The notes below the pieces were generated by a model. The model saw only the letters and a program-made list of their open reading frames with translations, had not been told where the DNA came from and made no database searches. Both the position numbers and the translations under genes were made by a program. Positions 1 to 7,128 of a stretch of 14,572 nt of DNA are shown here, one piece after another; within the stretch, counting starts at the first letter, position 1, and each line of letters opens with the position of its first letter. This DNA comes from a virus. Its lineage: Duplodnaviria; Heunggongvirae; Uroviricota; Caudoviricetes. Location of the stretch: the IMG/VR virus record IMGVR_UViG_2648501787_000012, one strand, 5' to 3'.

Positions 1-1260
1 ATGCCAAAACTCACAGATATGCAGATCCGCGCATGGATAAAGGCGGGAGACAGATTTGATGGCAAGGCAGACGGCAACGGCCTTTATATTTGCTACCCCA
101 AAAACTACACAGCCCCGTTCTGGCGATTCCGCTATAAGCTCGCAGGAAAGCAGCGGGCTATGGTTATAGGCTCTTACTCCGAACTGTCACTATCAAAAGC
201 CAGAGAAACAGCAAAAGAGCTGTCAGCCAGAGTTGCTCTTGGCTATGACGTAGCAGCAGAGAAACAGGAACGAAAAGCTGAAGCACTGGCAAAAATGGAG
301 GCTGAGAAAAACGCCATGCGTGTTTCAGATCTGGCCTCCGAATACTTCGAGCGCCAGATACTTCCGAGATGGAAACATCCCGATATCCTTCGCCGGAGAA
401 TTGATAAGGATATTAACCCCTGCATTGGGCATATGAAGGTAGAGGACGTTAAGCCACGCCACATTGACGACATGTTGAAAGGTATCGTTGACCGAGGAGC
501 ACCAACGATAGCAACAGATGTATTACGCTGGACACGCCGTATCTTTGACTACGGGATAAAACGCCACGCTCTGGAGATAAACCCTTGTTCAGCGTTTGAA
601 GTATCTGATGCTGGTGGTAAAGAGGTTTCCCGCGACCGTTGGCTAACTCGCGATGAGCTTATCAGGCTATTCGAGGCTATGCGCACCGCAAAAGGATTCA
701 GCCGCCAGAACGAACTGACATTTAAGCTATTGCTGGCACTATGCGTTCGTAAGATGGAGTTATGCGCCGCACGATGGGAAGAGTTTGATTTAGATGGTGC
801 GGTATGGCATTTGCCGGAAGAACGCAGCAAAAACGGAGACCCTATTGATATACCTCTACCTTCCCCAGCCGTTGAATGGTTGAGAGAGCTACACACCTTT
901 TCATGTAATAGCGCATGGGTGCTTCCAGCCAGGAAGATGCAAAACAGAATGATCCCACATATTCAGGAAAGCACTTTGCCCGTAGCACTGGCTAAGGTTC
1001 GCGCCGAAATGCCGGATGTGCCTAATTTCACGATTCACGACTTCCGACGCACCGCACGTACTCATTTAGCAGCGTTGGGTGTTGATCCTGTCGTGGCGGA
1101 ACGATGCCTCAATCATCGCATTAAGGGCGTAGAGGGGATTTATAACCGCCATCAGTATTTTGATGAGCGTAAAGCAGCACTGGCACAGTGGGCTGATCTG
1201 CTGGTGGCACTGGAAAGCGGAAAAGACTACAACGTAACGCCTCTCAGAAGGGCGAACTAA
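1..1260 (+). CDS. int: Tyrosine site-specific integrase (P4/CP4-57 type, with N-terminal arm-binding region)
   Basis: 419-aa ORF. C-terminal catalytic motifs readable in the translation: HDFRRTARTHL, LNH, and terminal GIYNRHQY carrying the catalytic Tyr. N-terminus (MPKLTDMQIRAWIKAG...GLYICYPKN...FWRFRYKLAGKQR) matches the arm-type DNA-binding fold typical of P4-family integrases. Window begins at the ATG, so the upstream att site is not visible. Confidence 0.93.
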   Translation: MPKLTDMQIRAWIKAGDRFDGKADGNGLYICYPKNYTAPFWRFRYKLAGKQRAMVIGSYSELSLSKARETAKELSARVALGYDVAAEKQERKAEALAKMEAEKNAMRVSDLASEYFERQILPRWKHPDILRRRIDKDINPCIGHMKVEDVKPRHIDDMLKGIVDRGAPTIATDVLRWTRRIFDYGIKRHALEINPCSAFEVSDAGGKEVSRDRWLTRDELIRLFEAMRTAKGFSRQNELTFKLLLALCVRKMELCAARWEEFDLDGAVWHLPEERSKNGDPIDIPLPSPAVEWLRELHTFSCNSAWVLPARKMQNRMIPHIQESTLPVALAKVRAEMPDVPNFTIHDFRRTARTHLAALGVDPVVAERCLNHRIKGVEGIYNRHQYFDERKAALAQWADLLVALESGKDYNVTPLRRAN

Positions 1261-1355
1261 CTGAATAGATTGAGCCTAGCTCGACGGGGCGAAAAGCGGG
1301 AAGCCTTACCGCCTGGCTCAATCACAAAATAAGGCGCAGCGTAAAAGGTGACGCA

Positions 1356-2321
1356 ATGAACGACTCTCATGAAACAACAGTGGTGCATAGAAATTTATGG
1401 CAGGAATCAGGTATTCCACCTTTGGACTACTGCACGATAGAGCGAGCATCAAAATTATTAAATTGTGAAATTGATGATATATGGCATTGGAAAGATAGAC
1501 TACATATAGACTTTTATGTCTATGCTGACTTTCTTGATTTCATTGAATCTGATGCCACCATCCACTTCAAAAAAGATGCTAATTTTATAACTGATTTATT
1601 ACTTATGTACCCAGAAGAAGTAAGGTTTACATTTCCTTTTCTTATTACCAGCGCAAGCAACGAAGTTTATATCCCAGCATCTGAAAGCGGTGCTTATGAG
1701 CTATTTTATGCACATAAACCACTGACAGTTGAAGACAGCGACAATAAAAATGTTTTTGAACAAATTGGCAAAAACTCTTTTATTGTAAGAAAATCAATTG
1801 CATGTGGATTGTTGCGTGTACGCGGTAGAACAACACGACATTATCATTCACAAGAATGTGGAGAACCATATGTGCGACTTGAAGCAACATTTGATTGTGA
1901 TCTATATAAATTCAAAATGCAAAGTTCCCAAATTCACCTGAGTAGCCTGTCAGATAAAAACATTTATATAACAAAGGCTGATTTAGAATACCTTCATGAC
2001 GCAAAGGTTAATGGAAGTTTTGACGCAGCTAAGAGCAAAAAACGATACGAAATGGCGGTAGAACAGGAACTAATACCTGAAATAAAAAATAGCAACCATA
2101 ATGCCGAGAGACATGCTGAAAACAGGGAAAAACTTTTCAAATCTGCAATATATCTTTTGTCAAAGTATCCTGATGAATGCCGTGGCAAAAAGAAAGAAAT
2201 AAGCCCTGAGAAGTGGCGGGATTGCATAGTGGCTCATAAAGACGAAATTCCACCGTTAGCAATCACAAATGAAGATGTGATTTTGAGACACTTACGTGCT
2301 GCCGCCAACGGTAAGGGGTAG
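1356..2321 (+). CDS. Hypothetical protein, AT-rich cargo gene in the int-alpA slot (function unknown; candidate defence/anti-defence)
   Basis: 321-aa ORF with a Shine-Dalgarno-like AAGGTGA 6 nt upstream of the ATG and an intrinsic terminator immediately downstream. The sequence is visibly more AT-rich than the flanking int and alpA genes (e.g. aaattgatgatatatggcattggaaagatagactacatatagacttttatg). I recognise no motif in the protein. Confidence 0.8.
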   Translation: MNDSHETTVVHRNLWQESGIPPLDYCTIERASKLLNCEIDDIWHWKDRLHIDFYVYADFLDFIESDATIHFKKDANFITDLLLMYPEEVRFTFPFLITSASNEVYIPASESGAYELFYAHKPLTVEDSDNKNVFEQIGKNSFIVRKSIACGLLRVRGRTTRHYHSQECGEPYVRLEATFDCDLYKFKMQSSQIHLSSLSDKNIYITKADLEYLHDAKVNGSFDAAKSKKRYEMAVEQELIPEIKNSNHNAERHAENREKLFKSAIYLLSKYPDECRGKKKEISPEKWRDCIVAHKDEIPPLAITNEDVILRHLRAAANGKG

Positions 2322-2336
2322 AGTAGCTAACTATTC

Positions 2337-2366
2337 AGGCACAGTATCATTACTGTGCCTTTTTAT
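2337..2366 (+). terminator. Rho-independent terminator after the cargo gene
   Basis: Perfect 9-bp stem AGGCACAGT (2337-2345) / ACTGTGCCT (2352-2360) with a 6-nt loop, followed by TTTTTATTGTT. Confidence 0.75.
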
Positions 2367-2391
2367 TGTTCATATATGTACAGATACTTCC

Positions 2392-2432
2392 TCCCGTAAC
2401 GAAGCAACAACTATCGCTAAGAGGTTACGGGA
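2392..2432 (+). promoter_or_regulatory. Inverted repeat in the alpA leader (possible operator or RBS-occluding hairpin)
   Basis: TCCCGTAAC (2392-2400) and its exact reverse complement GTTACGGGA (2424-2432) separated by 23 nt. The right arm lies between the likely SD (AAGAGG, 2419-2424) and the alpA ATG (2436). Confidence 0.3.
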
Positions 2433-2435
2433 AGC

Positions 2436-2639
2436 ATGAACACCGACACTATTCCTACAAAAGGCTATATCAGACGCTTCCGCCTGGCTGAATTGCTGGG
2501 CGTTAGTGTATCCACCATCGACCGTAAAGTAAGAAACGGTTCACTACCACGTCCGGTAAAGCTGGGAGAAAAAATAACTGCGTTTGATGCGGTTGAGATT
2601 CACAACTGGCTGGCAGAACGCCGCGGGAAGGTGGCCTGA
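2436..2639 (+). CDS. alpA: AlpA/Vis-family helix-turn-helix transcriptional regulator (excisionase-like)
   Basis: 67-aa protein with a central HTH segment (RFRLAELLGVSVSTIDRKVRNGSLPRPVKLGEKITAFDAVEIHNWL), the size and pattern of AlpA/phage Xis-like regulators. Position immediately after int and cargo is typical of P4-like and PICI-like elements. Confidence 0.8.
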   Translation: MNTDTIPTKGYIRRFRLAELLGVSVSTIDRKVRNGSLPRPVKLGEKITAFDAVEIHNWLAERRGKVA

Positions 2640-3070
2640 TGGAAAAGAAAAACCGCCCATTACAGGCGGCTAATTCAGATATTCGCGTATCTGATGTTAC
2701 GCCCCTGACAAAATCCCTTCAAGCACCAAAGCGCACACCGAAAAAGCATCGTGCCAGAGTCTATATGCTGCGTACTGGTATAGAGGGATGGACAGAAAAT
2801 GACATTCTTCGCTACTGCCGTCTGTCTTCTGGTCGTAACTATGCAACAGAGTTAGAACGCCAGCTTGGAATCACTCTGGAGCGTATCGACGAAAAGAATC
2901 CTGATGGTATCGGAACACACCTTCGCTACCGTTTCTCCTGCCGTGGTGATGTTCTGAAAGTGATCACTCATGTTAACCATCTTGCGAACATAAATGATCA
3001 CAACGGACTTTCTCAGCAGGAAATTGCCGACATTCTGAAACTCTACCCGAACGCGTTTAACGCCGCCTAA
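2639..3070 (+). CDS. Hypothetical protein
   Basis: 143-aa ORF whose ATG overlaps the alpA stop (cTGATGg), i.e. translationally coupled. Basic N-terminus (KRTPKKHRAR). No family recognised. Confidence 0.65.
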   Translation: MEKKNRPLQAANSDIRVSDVTPLTKSLQAPKRTPKKHRARVYMLRTGIEGWTENDILRYCRLSSGRNYATELERQLGITLERIDEKNPDGIGTHLRYRFSCRGDVLKVITHVNHLANINDHNGLSQQEIADILKLYPNAFNAA

Positions 3071-3082
3071 CGGAGACTGAAA

Positions 3083-3916
3083 ATGAACATCGAAAAAAGC
3101 AGATTAATTTCTGAGGCCGCCCCTCATCTGAACGCCTCTCTGGGCACAATTAACGGTAATGAATTTGCCGCAATTGTCCCGGTTATTCCTGGTCATATCG
3201 GTGGGCGTGAAACCAATATTGTTAGCGCAAAAGCGTTACACAAAGCGTTGGGCGTGGGAAAAGACTTCTCTACATGGATCACTGATCGCATCTCTGAATA
3301 TGACTTCACCATTGGGCACGATTACTCAGTCCATAAAACAATTTCCCCAAATTTGGGGAAAAGCCCGAATGGCGCGGCTTACAGCAAGATAAAGCACTCT
3401 GGCAGACCCGGCAAAGACTATCTGTTAAGTGTCGGAATGGCGAAAGAACTGGCAATGATCGAACGCAATGATCAGGGTCGCGCTATCCGCCGTTATTTCA
3501 TCCAGTGCGAGGAAGAATTACAGCGTACCGTGCCTGAAATCGCCGCCCGCTATCGTCGCCAGCTAAAAGCCCGTATTAGTGCCGCAAACAACTTTAAGCC
3601 AATGTGCGATGCGCTGAATATGGCCCGTGCCGAGATGGGGAAAATGACGCAGCAACACCACTACACAAACGAGAGCAATATGATTTCTCGTATCGTTCTT
3701 GGTGGGCTAACTGCTAAGCAGTGGGCGCGGATAAATGGCTATTCTGGCGAACCTCGCGACCATATGAACGCAGAACAGCTTGAGCACCTCTCATATCTCG
3801 AAAGCACCAATATCACGTTAATTGATATGGGCATGGAATATGAGCAGCGCAAAGGAGAACTCACCCGCCTGTCGCAACGCTGGCTCGCCAAGCGTCTGGA
3901 GGCGCTCAATGTCTAA
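3083..3916 (+). CDS. AntA/AntB-type phage antirepressor-like protein
   Basis: 277-aa ORF with SD GGAGA 6 nt upstream. N-terminal segment (NIVSAKALHKALGVGKDFSTWITDRI...DYLLSVGMAKELAMIERNDQGRAIRRYFIQCEEEL) resembles the AntA antirepressor domain as I recall it. Not verified by search. Confidence 0.7.
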   Translation: MNIEKSRLISEAAPHLNASLGTINGNEFAAIVPVIPGHIGGRETNIVSAKALHKALGVGKDFSTWITDRISEYDFTIGHDYSVHKTISPNLGKSPNGAAYSKIKHSGRPGKDYLLSVGMAKELAMIERNDQGRAIRRYFIQCEEELQRTVPEIAARYRRQLKARISAANNFKPMCDALNMARAEMGKMTQQHHYTNESNMISRIVLGGLTAKQWARINGYSGEPRDHMNAEQLEHLSYLESTNITLIDMGMEYEQRKGELTRLSQRWLAKRLEALNV

Positions 3917-4088
3917 GCCAACAGGAACACCACAACCACAAAAACGCTACAAAGATGCCCACGGAGCACTCGTTACTGTCGAAAGCGTGTCTCACAACCG
4001 AGTGACGTTTTATCGCGACGGGTATCAATCGCCATGCGTACAACCGCTGGCGCGTTTCATGAAGGAGTTCGCGGAGGTTAACCAATGA
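3909..4088 (+). CDS. Small hypothetical protein (59 aa)
   Basis: ATG at 3909 overlaps the upstream stop (ATGTCTAA) and is preceded by a strong SD, GGAGG at 3898-3902. The track ORF 3822..4088 is in the same frame, but its first Met has no RBS and would overlap the upstream gene by about 95 nt. Confidence 0.55.
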   Translation: MSKPTGTPQPQKRYKDAHGALVTVESVSHNRVTFYRDGYQSPCVQPLARFMKEFAEVNQ

Positions 4089-5152
4089 TACCCGTCCAGA
4101 AGAAGACATTTTCACTGGCTGGTATGTCGCCAAAATCCAGCAATATGACGGCAAAGTCAGGCATTAATACAGCAGATACAAGCAAAGTTTATCATTTGCT
4201 GGTGGTCGGAACGGATGCCTTAACCATACCAGAAATCTCGGGCGATGATATTAGCATTGAGAAGGTCAGCGGCTGCGCCAGAAAATTTCTGGTCGTAGAT
4301 GATGTCTTCCGCTCGCGTAGTGACTCCACAAAAACCTTCATCCGCGCGCGTGACGTTAACGAAATGAGCGCGATGTACTGTGCATCTGGTGCTTCCAATA
4401 GCGAGTTTTCGGAGTCCATAAAAAAGAGCTTGCCGTTATGCGGCAACACGGTTTATGGTTATAAGGCACCTCATAAAACGGGTGCCGGGATTGGCGTCCT
4501 GGTAAATCGAATGGCGACATATGACGCGCCGAGCGTCTTTTTTTATGTCGTAGGTCTGACTCACCCATTTTTTGGGCGTTGGTGTATAATCCAGCGCCTT
4601 TGTCAATCAATGGTGGCTCAGGCAGGGGCTTCTTCGGAAGCGCCGGTATCCATTCGAGCCGGTTACGCCAACCCTGTCTGGGCTACCACCAGCGAAATTG
4701 GCGTTTCCGGTGGTAGCGTTACATGCTATCGAATGGAGGCTGCCACATGCTGGCTACTACCCCTACCCAAAAACCGCAATTTATCTGGATTATCGCCGCA
4801 GTTCGCCGCGATTGCCCGACAATTACCGCCAGAATTCATCATATTGCTGCCGAGTCTGAACGCGATGCTCGCCGTTCTCTGGTGCGCGATCACGTCTGCT
4901 TTTTTGCTGGTCGTATCCGCATGGAGGTGGCACATGATTAAAACCTACGATGTGCATATGGATCCCCTCGAACGCACAAGCCAGATCATCACACTGACAG
5001 AAGTGATTAACGACATTCTGGTGAGCAACTCTCCCTCACGAGACGAAAGACTGAAGGCGTTACTCGCGATATTGGATCTCGCCGTTCGTGACGTTCATTT
5101 CCTGCTGGAAGGTGGCGAAATGCCAGTAAAAACGGGGGCAACCAATGAATAA
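4085..5152 (+). CDS. Uncertain long ORF (355 aa), probably a chimeric open frame rather than one protein
   Basis: ATG at 4085 overlaps the upstream stop (ATGA) and has a strong SD (GGAGG 4073-4077). Codon choice looks coding-like from 4085 to about 4580. The same frame then runs without a stop through the candidate RNA region and through the Icd-like gene (different frame) where its codons look poor (cta cta ccc cta ... tta), and merges with the 72-aa ORF at 4934. Either a real 5' gene whose end is obscured (frameshift/pseudogene) or a fortuitous open frame. Confidence 0.3.
   Translation: MIPVQKKTFSLAGMSPKSSNMTAKSGINTADTSKVYHLLVVGTDALTIPEISGDDISIEKVSGCARKFLVVDDVFRSRSDSTKTFIRARDVNEMSAMYCASGASNSEFSESIKKSLPLCGNTVYGYKAPHKTGAGIGVLVNRMATYDAPSVFFYVVGLTHPFFGRWCIIQRLCQSMVAQAGASSEAPVSIRAGYANPVWATTSEIGVSGGSVTCYRMEAATCWLLPLPKNRNLSGLSPQFAAIARQLPPEFIILLPSLNAMLAVLWCAITSAFLLVVSAWRWHMIKTYDVHMDPLERTSQIITLTEVINDILVSNSPSRDERLKALLAILDLAVRDVHFLLEGGEMPVKTGATNE
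4595..4725 (+). ncRNA. Candidate CI/C4-type antisense immunity RNA (P4 CI RNA / P1 C4 / IsrK-like)
   Basis: Perfect -10 TATAAT at 4585-4590 with a weak -35. GC-rich structured segment follows: UUCG-tetraloop hairpin GCTTC-TTCG-GAAGC (4628-4641), a short CCGG/CCGG stem (4643-4662) presenting the loop TATCCATTCGAG, and a 9-bp stem GCTACCACC (4682-4690) / GGTGGTAGC (4709-4717). Loop bases TCCATTCGA (4649-4657) are exactly complementary to TCGAATGGA (4729-4737), which overlaps the SD of the Icd-like gene, and to TCGAATGG upstream (4507-4514). Boundaries are approximate. Confidence 0.35.
4747..4941 (+). CDS. Host cell division inhibitor Icd-like small protein
   Basis: 64-aa ORF ([22 protein letters not shown]...[24 protein letters not shown]) with strong SD GGAGG (4735-4739) 7 nt upstream and E. 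coli-like codon choice. The ...SER.ARR.L.RD.V.FFAGR motif matches my recollection of the Icd-like family that follows C4-type RNAs. The track ORF starts at 4723, but 4747 has the RBS. Confidence 0.55.
   Translation: MLATTPTQKPQFIWIIAAVRRDCPTITARIHHIAAESERDARRSLVRDHVCFFAGRIRMEVAHD
4934..5152 (+). CDS. Small hypothetical protein (72 aa)
   Basis: ATG overlaps the Icd-like stop (cacATGATTAAa) and is preceded by GGAGGTGG (4924-4931). Good codon choice. Same frame as the uncertain 355-aa ORF, so it may be that ORF's C-terminus. Confidence 0.45.
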   Translation: MIKTYDVHMDPLERTSQIITLTEVINDILVSNSPSRDERLKALLAILDLAVRDVHFLLEGGEMPVKTGATNE

Positions 5153-5339
5153 CTCAATTAATACCCCTCGCCTTACGTCCGCACTTCAATTAATCGAGCA
5201 AGCAGCGGCTGTCCTGGTTGCTGTCAGTCTTTCGGCTGAAGAAATGGACGCTACTGATGTCGTGGATGCGATTAAAGCGTGCTCATCTTTGGTTAACGAT
5301 GCCCGTGCAGAGCTGGTAATTCTTGGGGGTGAAAAATGA
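5145..5339 (+). CDS. Small hypothetical protein (64 aa)
   Basis: Start overlaps upstream stop (ATGAATAA); part of a coupled small-gene array. Confidence 0.6.
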   Translation: MNNSINTPRLTSALQLIEQAAAVLVAVSLSAEEMDATDVVDAIKACSSLVNDARAELVILGGEK

Positions 5340-5599
5340 ATATCAACTTAATTTATCGTCATCCGTGTGAGCTGGAAATTGAATCATTGCTGAGCCGTGA
5401 AGAACCATATCCAGACACATTCACTCTTGCAGATCGCACGACTGAACGGCTTACCAGAGCGCGCACAGGTCTGGTTCATGTGATGAATGAGATTCTTCCA
5501 TCGGTGGGAGGGGAACAGGCGACAGTAATCACTAGCTGGCTACAAAAAGTTACCTCTCTGATAGATATCAGTTTAATCGATGCGGAGAGTGCGAAATGA
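5336..5599 (+). CDS. Small hypothetical protein (87 aa)
   Basis: Start overlaps upstream stop (ATGA); same array. Confidence 0.6.
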   Translation: MNINLIYRHPCELEIESLLSREEPYPDTFTLADRTTERLTRARTGLVHVMNEILPSVGGEQATVITSWLQKVTSLIDISLIDAESAK

Positions 5600-5817
5600 C
5601 CAACATCCAGCTCATTGAAGCGCAATGTCGCATCGAACAGGTTCAGACTGTTTTAGGGTTCTGGCTTGAAGGGGCCAGCCCCAGCAACAGAGACAAGTTA
5701 ATGATTGGCGCGGTTATGTCACTGCTCAATGGCGTACCAGAAGCTATTCAGGAAGCAGACGAATTGTTGGGCAAATATGAGTTACAGAATCATTCAGGCG
5801 AGGCGAAACATGAATAA
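5596..5817 (+). CDS. Small hypothetical protein (73 aa)
   Basis: Start overlaps upstream stop (ATGA); same array. Confidence 0.6.
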   Translation: MTNIQLIEAQCRIEQVQTVLGFWLEGASPSNRDKLMIGAVMSLLNGVPEAIQEADELLGKYELQNHSGEAKHE

Positions 5818-6412
5818 TTTCTTAACTTTCCAGGCAGAAGCAACGCCTGACGGCGTAAACATCATGCACCGCAGCAACGATGGCATGACAGAACGCGTTG
5901 AGACCGTCTCATATATTGATGCCGTAAATCGTCTGGATGCCGGGGATTATGACGATAAACCAGATGAAGGTATGTCAATACATCTCGCTATTGCCGATGG
6001 CGGCAACCAGGGATATTTCGATTACACATCACAGCATAACGTCATTATGTGGAGATGGTTGATCGCAACAGTATTCATGCTGGAAATGAGAGAGGAAAAC
6101 GGCACTGTCAGCATCATTGATGATACTGGCAATCCTTCCGAAGTGGCTGTTTATTCCAACGGCATCGTCGCCATGCCGCTGTATCCAGTAGCAGAGCGCC
6201 TCGCTATGGCAAACAACATTGAGGGCGCGATGATAGAACGTTTTGGCATCGAGTCTGGCACAGAACGCTCCATCATTTTCTACAGAGCCATGATGGATGT
6301 GGAACAAGGAGCACTGACTCCATTTGGTCGTGAAACGCTTGCTGAACTTCACAACAGCTTTATAGCTGAACTGAATGAAAACGGCATGCCATCGGAACCA
6401 GTGACGCACTGA
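5810..6412 (+). CDS. Hypothetical protein (200 aa)
   Basis: ATG at 5810 overlaps the upstream stop (ATGAATAA) and has a GGCGAGG SD-like sequence. The track ORF start at 5705 would overlap the upstream gene by over 100 nt and lacks an RBS. Confidence 0.65.
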   Translation: MNNFLTFQAEATPDGVNIMHRSNDGMTERVETVSYIDAVNRLDAGDYDDKPDEGMSIHLAIADGGNQGYFDYTSQHNVIMWRWLIATVFMLEMREENGTVSIIDDTGNPSEVAVYSNGIVAMPLYPVAERLAMANNIEGAMIERFGIESGTERSIIFYRAMMDVEQGALTPFGRETLAELHNSFIAELNENGMPSEPVTH

Positions 6413-6422
6413 GGATGGAACC

Positions 6423-6764
6423 ATGATTACTAAAAATTTCCGACTGAATGCGCTGGCAAATAAGTATGCGTCAGCACTGTATAACCACATTACCTCCACC
6501 AGCGGCGGGGACTATTTCATGATTGATGCGGACGGAGAGGCCGTACGTGTGGAAATCGTCAATGGAGTAAAAGGCGTTCGCAGCCTGATCGATAGTTACG
6601 CACTGGCAGCCATGAAAGTGTTCTACCCGCAGTGGGAAACCGTGGGGATCGAGCTTCTTGATCGTTGCGTCACTAAGGACAGATTGACTGACGTCGGGCG
6701 TGAGATATGGCAAAGCATGGTTAATGACATGGGCGCAACTGTAGCGGGAGGTTCTCATGCGTGA
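6423..6764 (+). CDS. Hypothetical protein (113 aa)
   Basis: ORF with SD-like GAGGATGG upstream of the ATG at 6423. Confidence 0.65.
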   Translation: MITKNFRLNALANKYASALYNHITSTSGGDYFMIDADGEAVRVEIVNGVKGVRSLIDSYALAAMKVFYPQWETVGIELLDRCVTKDRLTDVGREIWQSMVNDMGATVAGGSHA

Positions 6765-7128
6765 AAATGCAGAAATGGCGCTTAGCTCCGCAATCGGAGA
6801 GCAGGTGGCAAAGATTGCTGGTGCTGTGTGGATTCATAACCTTCATTCTACTGGTGAAGAGAAAATGGCAATTCAGACGCCAGAGGGACGCACTATTACT
6901 ACATCTCTGAAGCCGTCAGATGTTTGTGATCTGATTTGCGCATTCATGTACCCAGCAATGAGGACTGTCCACGGCGATAAGTGGAAACTTGCGACAACCG
7001 CTGAATTTGATATGTGGCTAAACAATGATGGCATGCTGACTGATTACGGAATAACCAAGTGGCAGATGCTGGTTAGCCATATCGCAAACGCTATAGACCA
7101 CGTGGGGTACGGTGATGCGAAACATTGA
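6757..7128 (+). CDS. Hypothetical protein (123 aa)
   Basis: Start overlaps upstream stop (ATGCGTGA); its 3' end overlaps the primase start. Confidence 0.65.
   Translation: MRENAEMALSSAIGEQVAKIAGAVWIHNLHSTGEEKMAIQTPEGRTITTSLKPSDVCDLICAFMYPAMRTVHGDKWKLATTAEFDMWLNNDGMLTDYGITKWQMLVSHIANAIDHVGYGDAKH

Noticed and set aside
243-896. Minus-strand ORFs 243..473 and 549..896 inside the integrase
   Set aside because: Antisense to a well-supported integrase ORF, no RBS, low-complexity S/R-rich translations; typical shadow ORFs.
1269-1322. 8-bp inverted repeat ATTGAGCC / GGCTCAAT with a 38-nt spacer between int and the cargo gene
   Set aside because: Long loop, no U-tract, and nothing to indicate function; possibly a weak int 3' structure but not supportable as a feature.
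1994-2227. Minus-strand ORF inside the cargo gene
   Set aside because: Antisense to a longer ORF with RBS and terminator; hydrophobic low-complexity translation typical of AT-rich antisense frames.
2366-2400. Sigma70 promoter for alpA
   Set aside because: Only weak -35/-10 candidates (TTGTTC, TATATG) with unconvincing spacing; not reportable.
3159-3392. Plus-strand alternative-frame ORF inside the AntA-like gene
   Set aside because: Fully embedded in a longer ORF with recognisable domain motifs; no RBS.
3822-3908. Upstream extension of the small ORF to the Met at 3822
   Set aside because: Would overlap the AntA-like gene by about 95 nt and lacks an RBS; the ATG at 3909 has GGAGG at optimal spacing.
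3906-4610. Minus-strand ORFs 3906..4154, 4192..4449 and 4356..4610
   Set aside because: Opposite to an otherwise uniformly + strand coupled operon, no convincing RBS, and they overlap the plus-strand coding-like frame.
4723-4935. Track start of the Icd-like ORF at 4723 and the antisense ORF 4726..4935
   Set aside because: The in-frame ATG at 4747 has the strong SD; the antisense ORF mirrors the coding frame.
6029-6758. Minus-strand ORFs 6029..6499 (156 aa) and 6471..6758
   Set aside because: They overlap three coupled plus-strand ORFs that fit the operon. The 156-aa one is long enough to be worth a homology check, but I see no RBS or motif.
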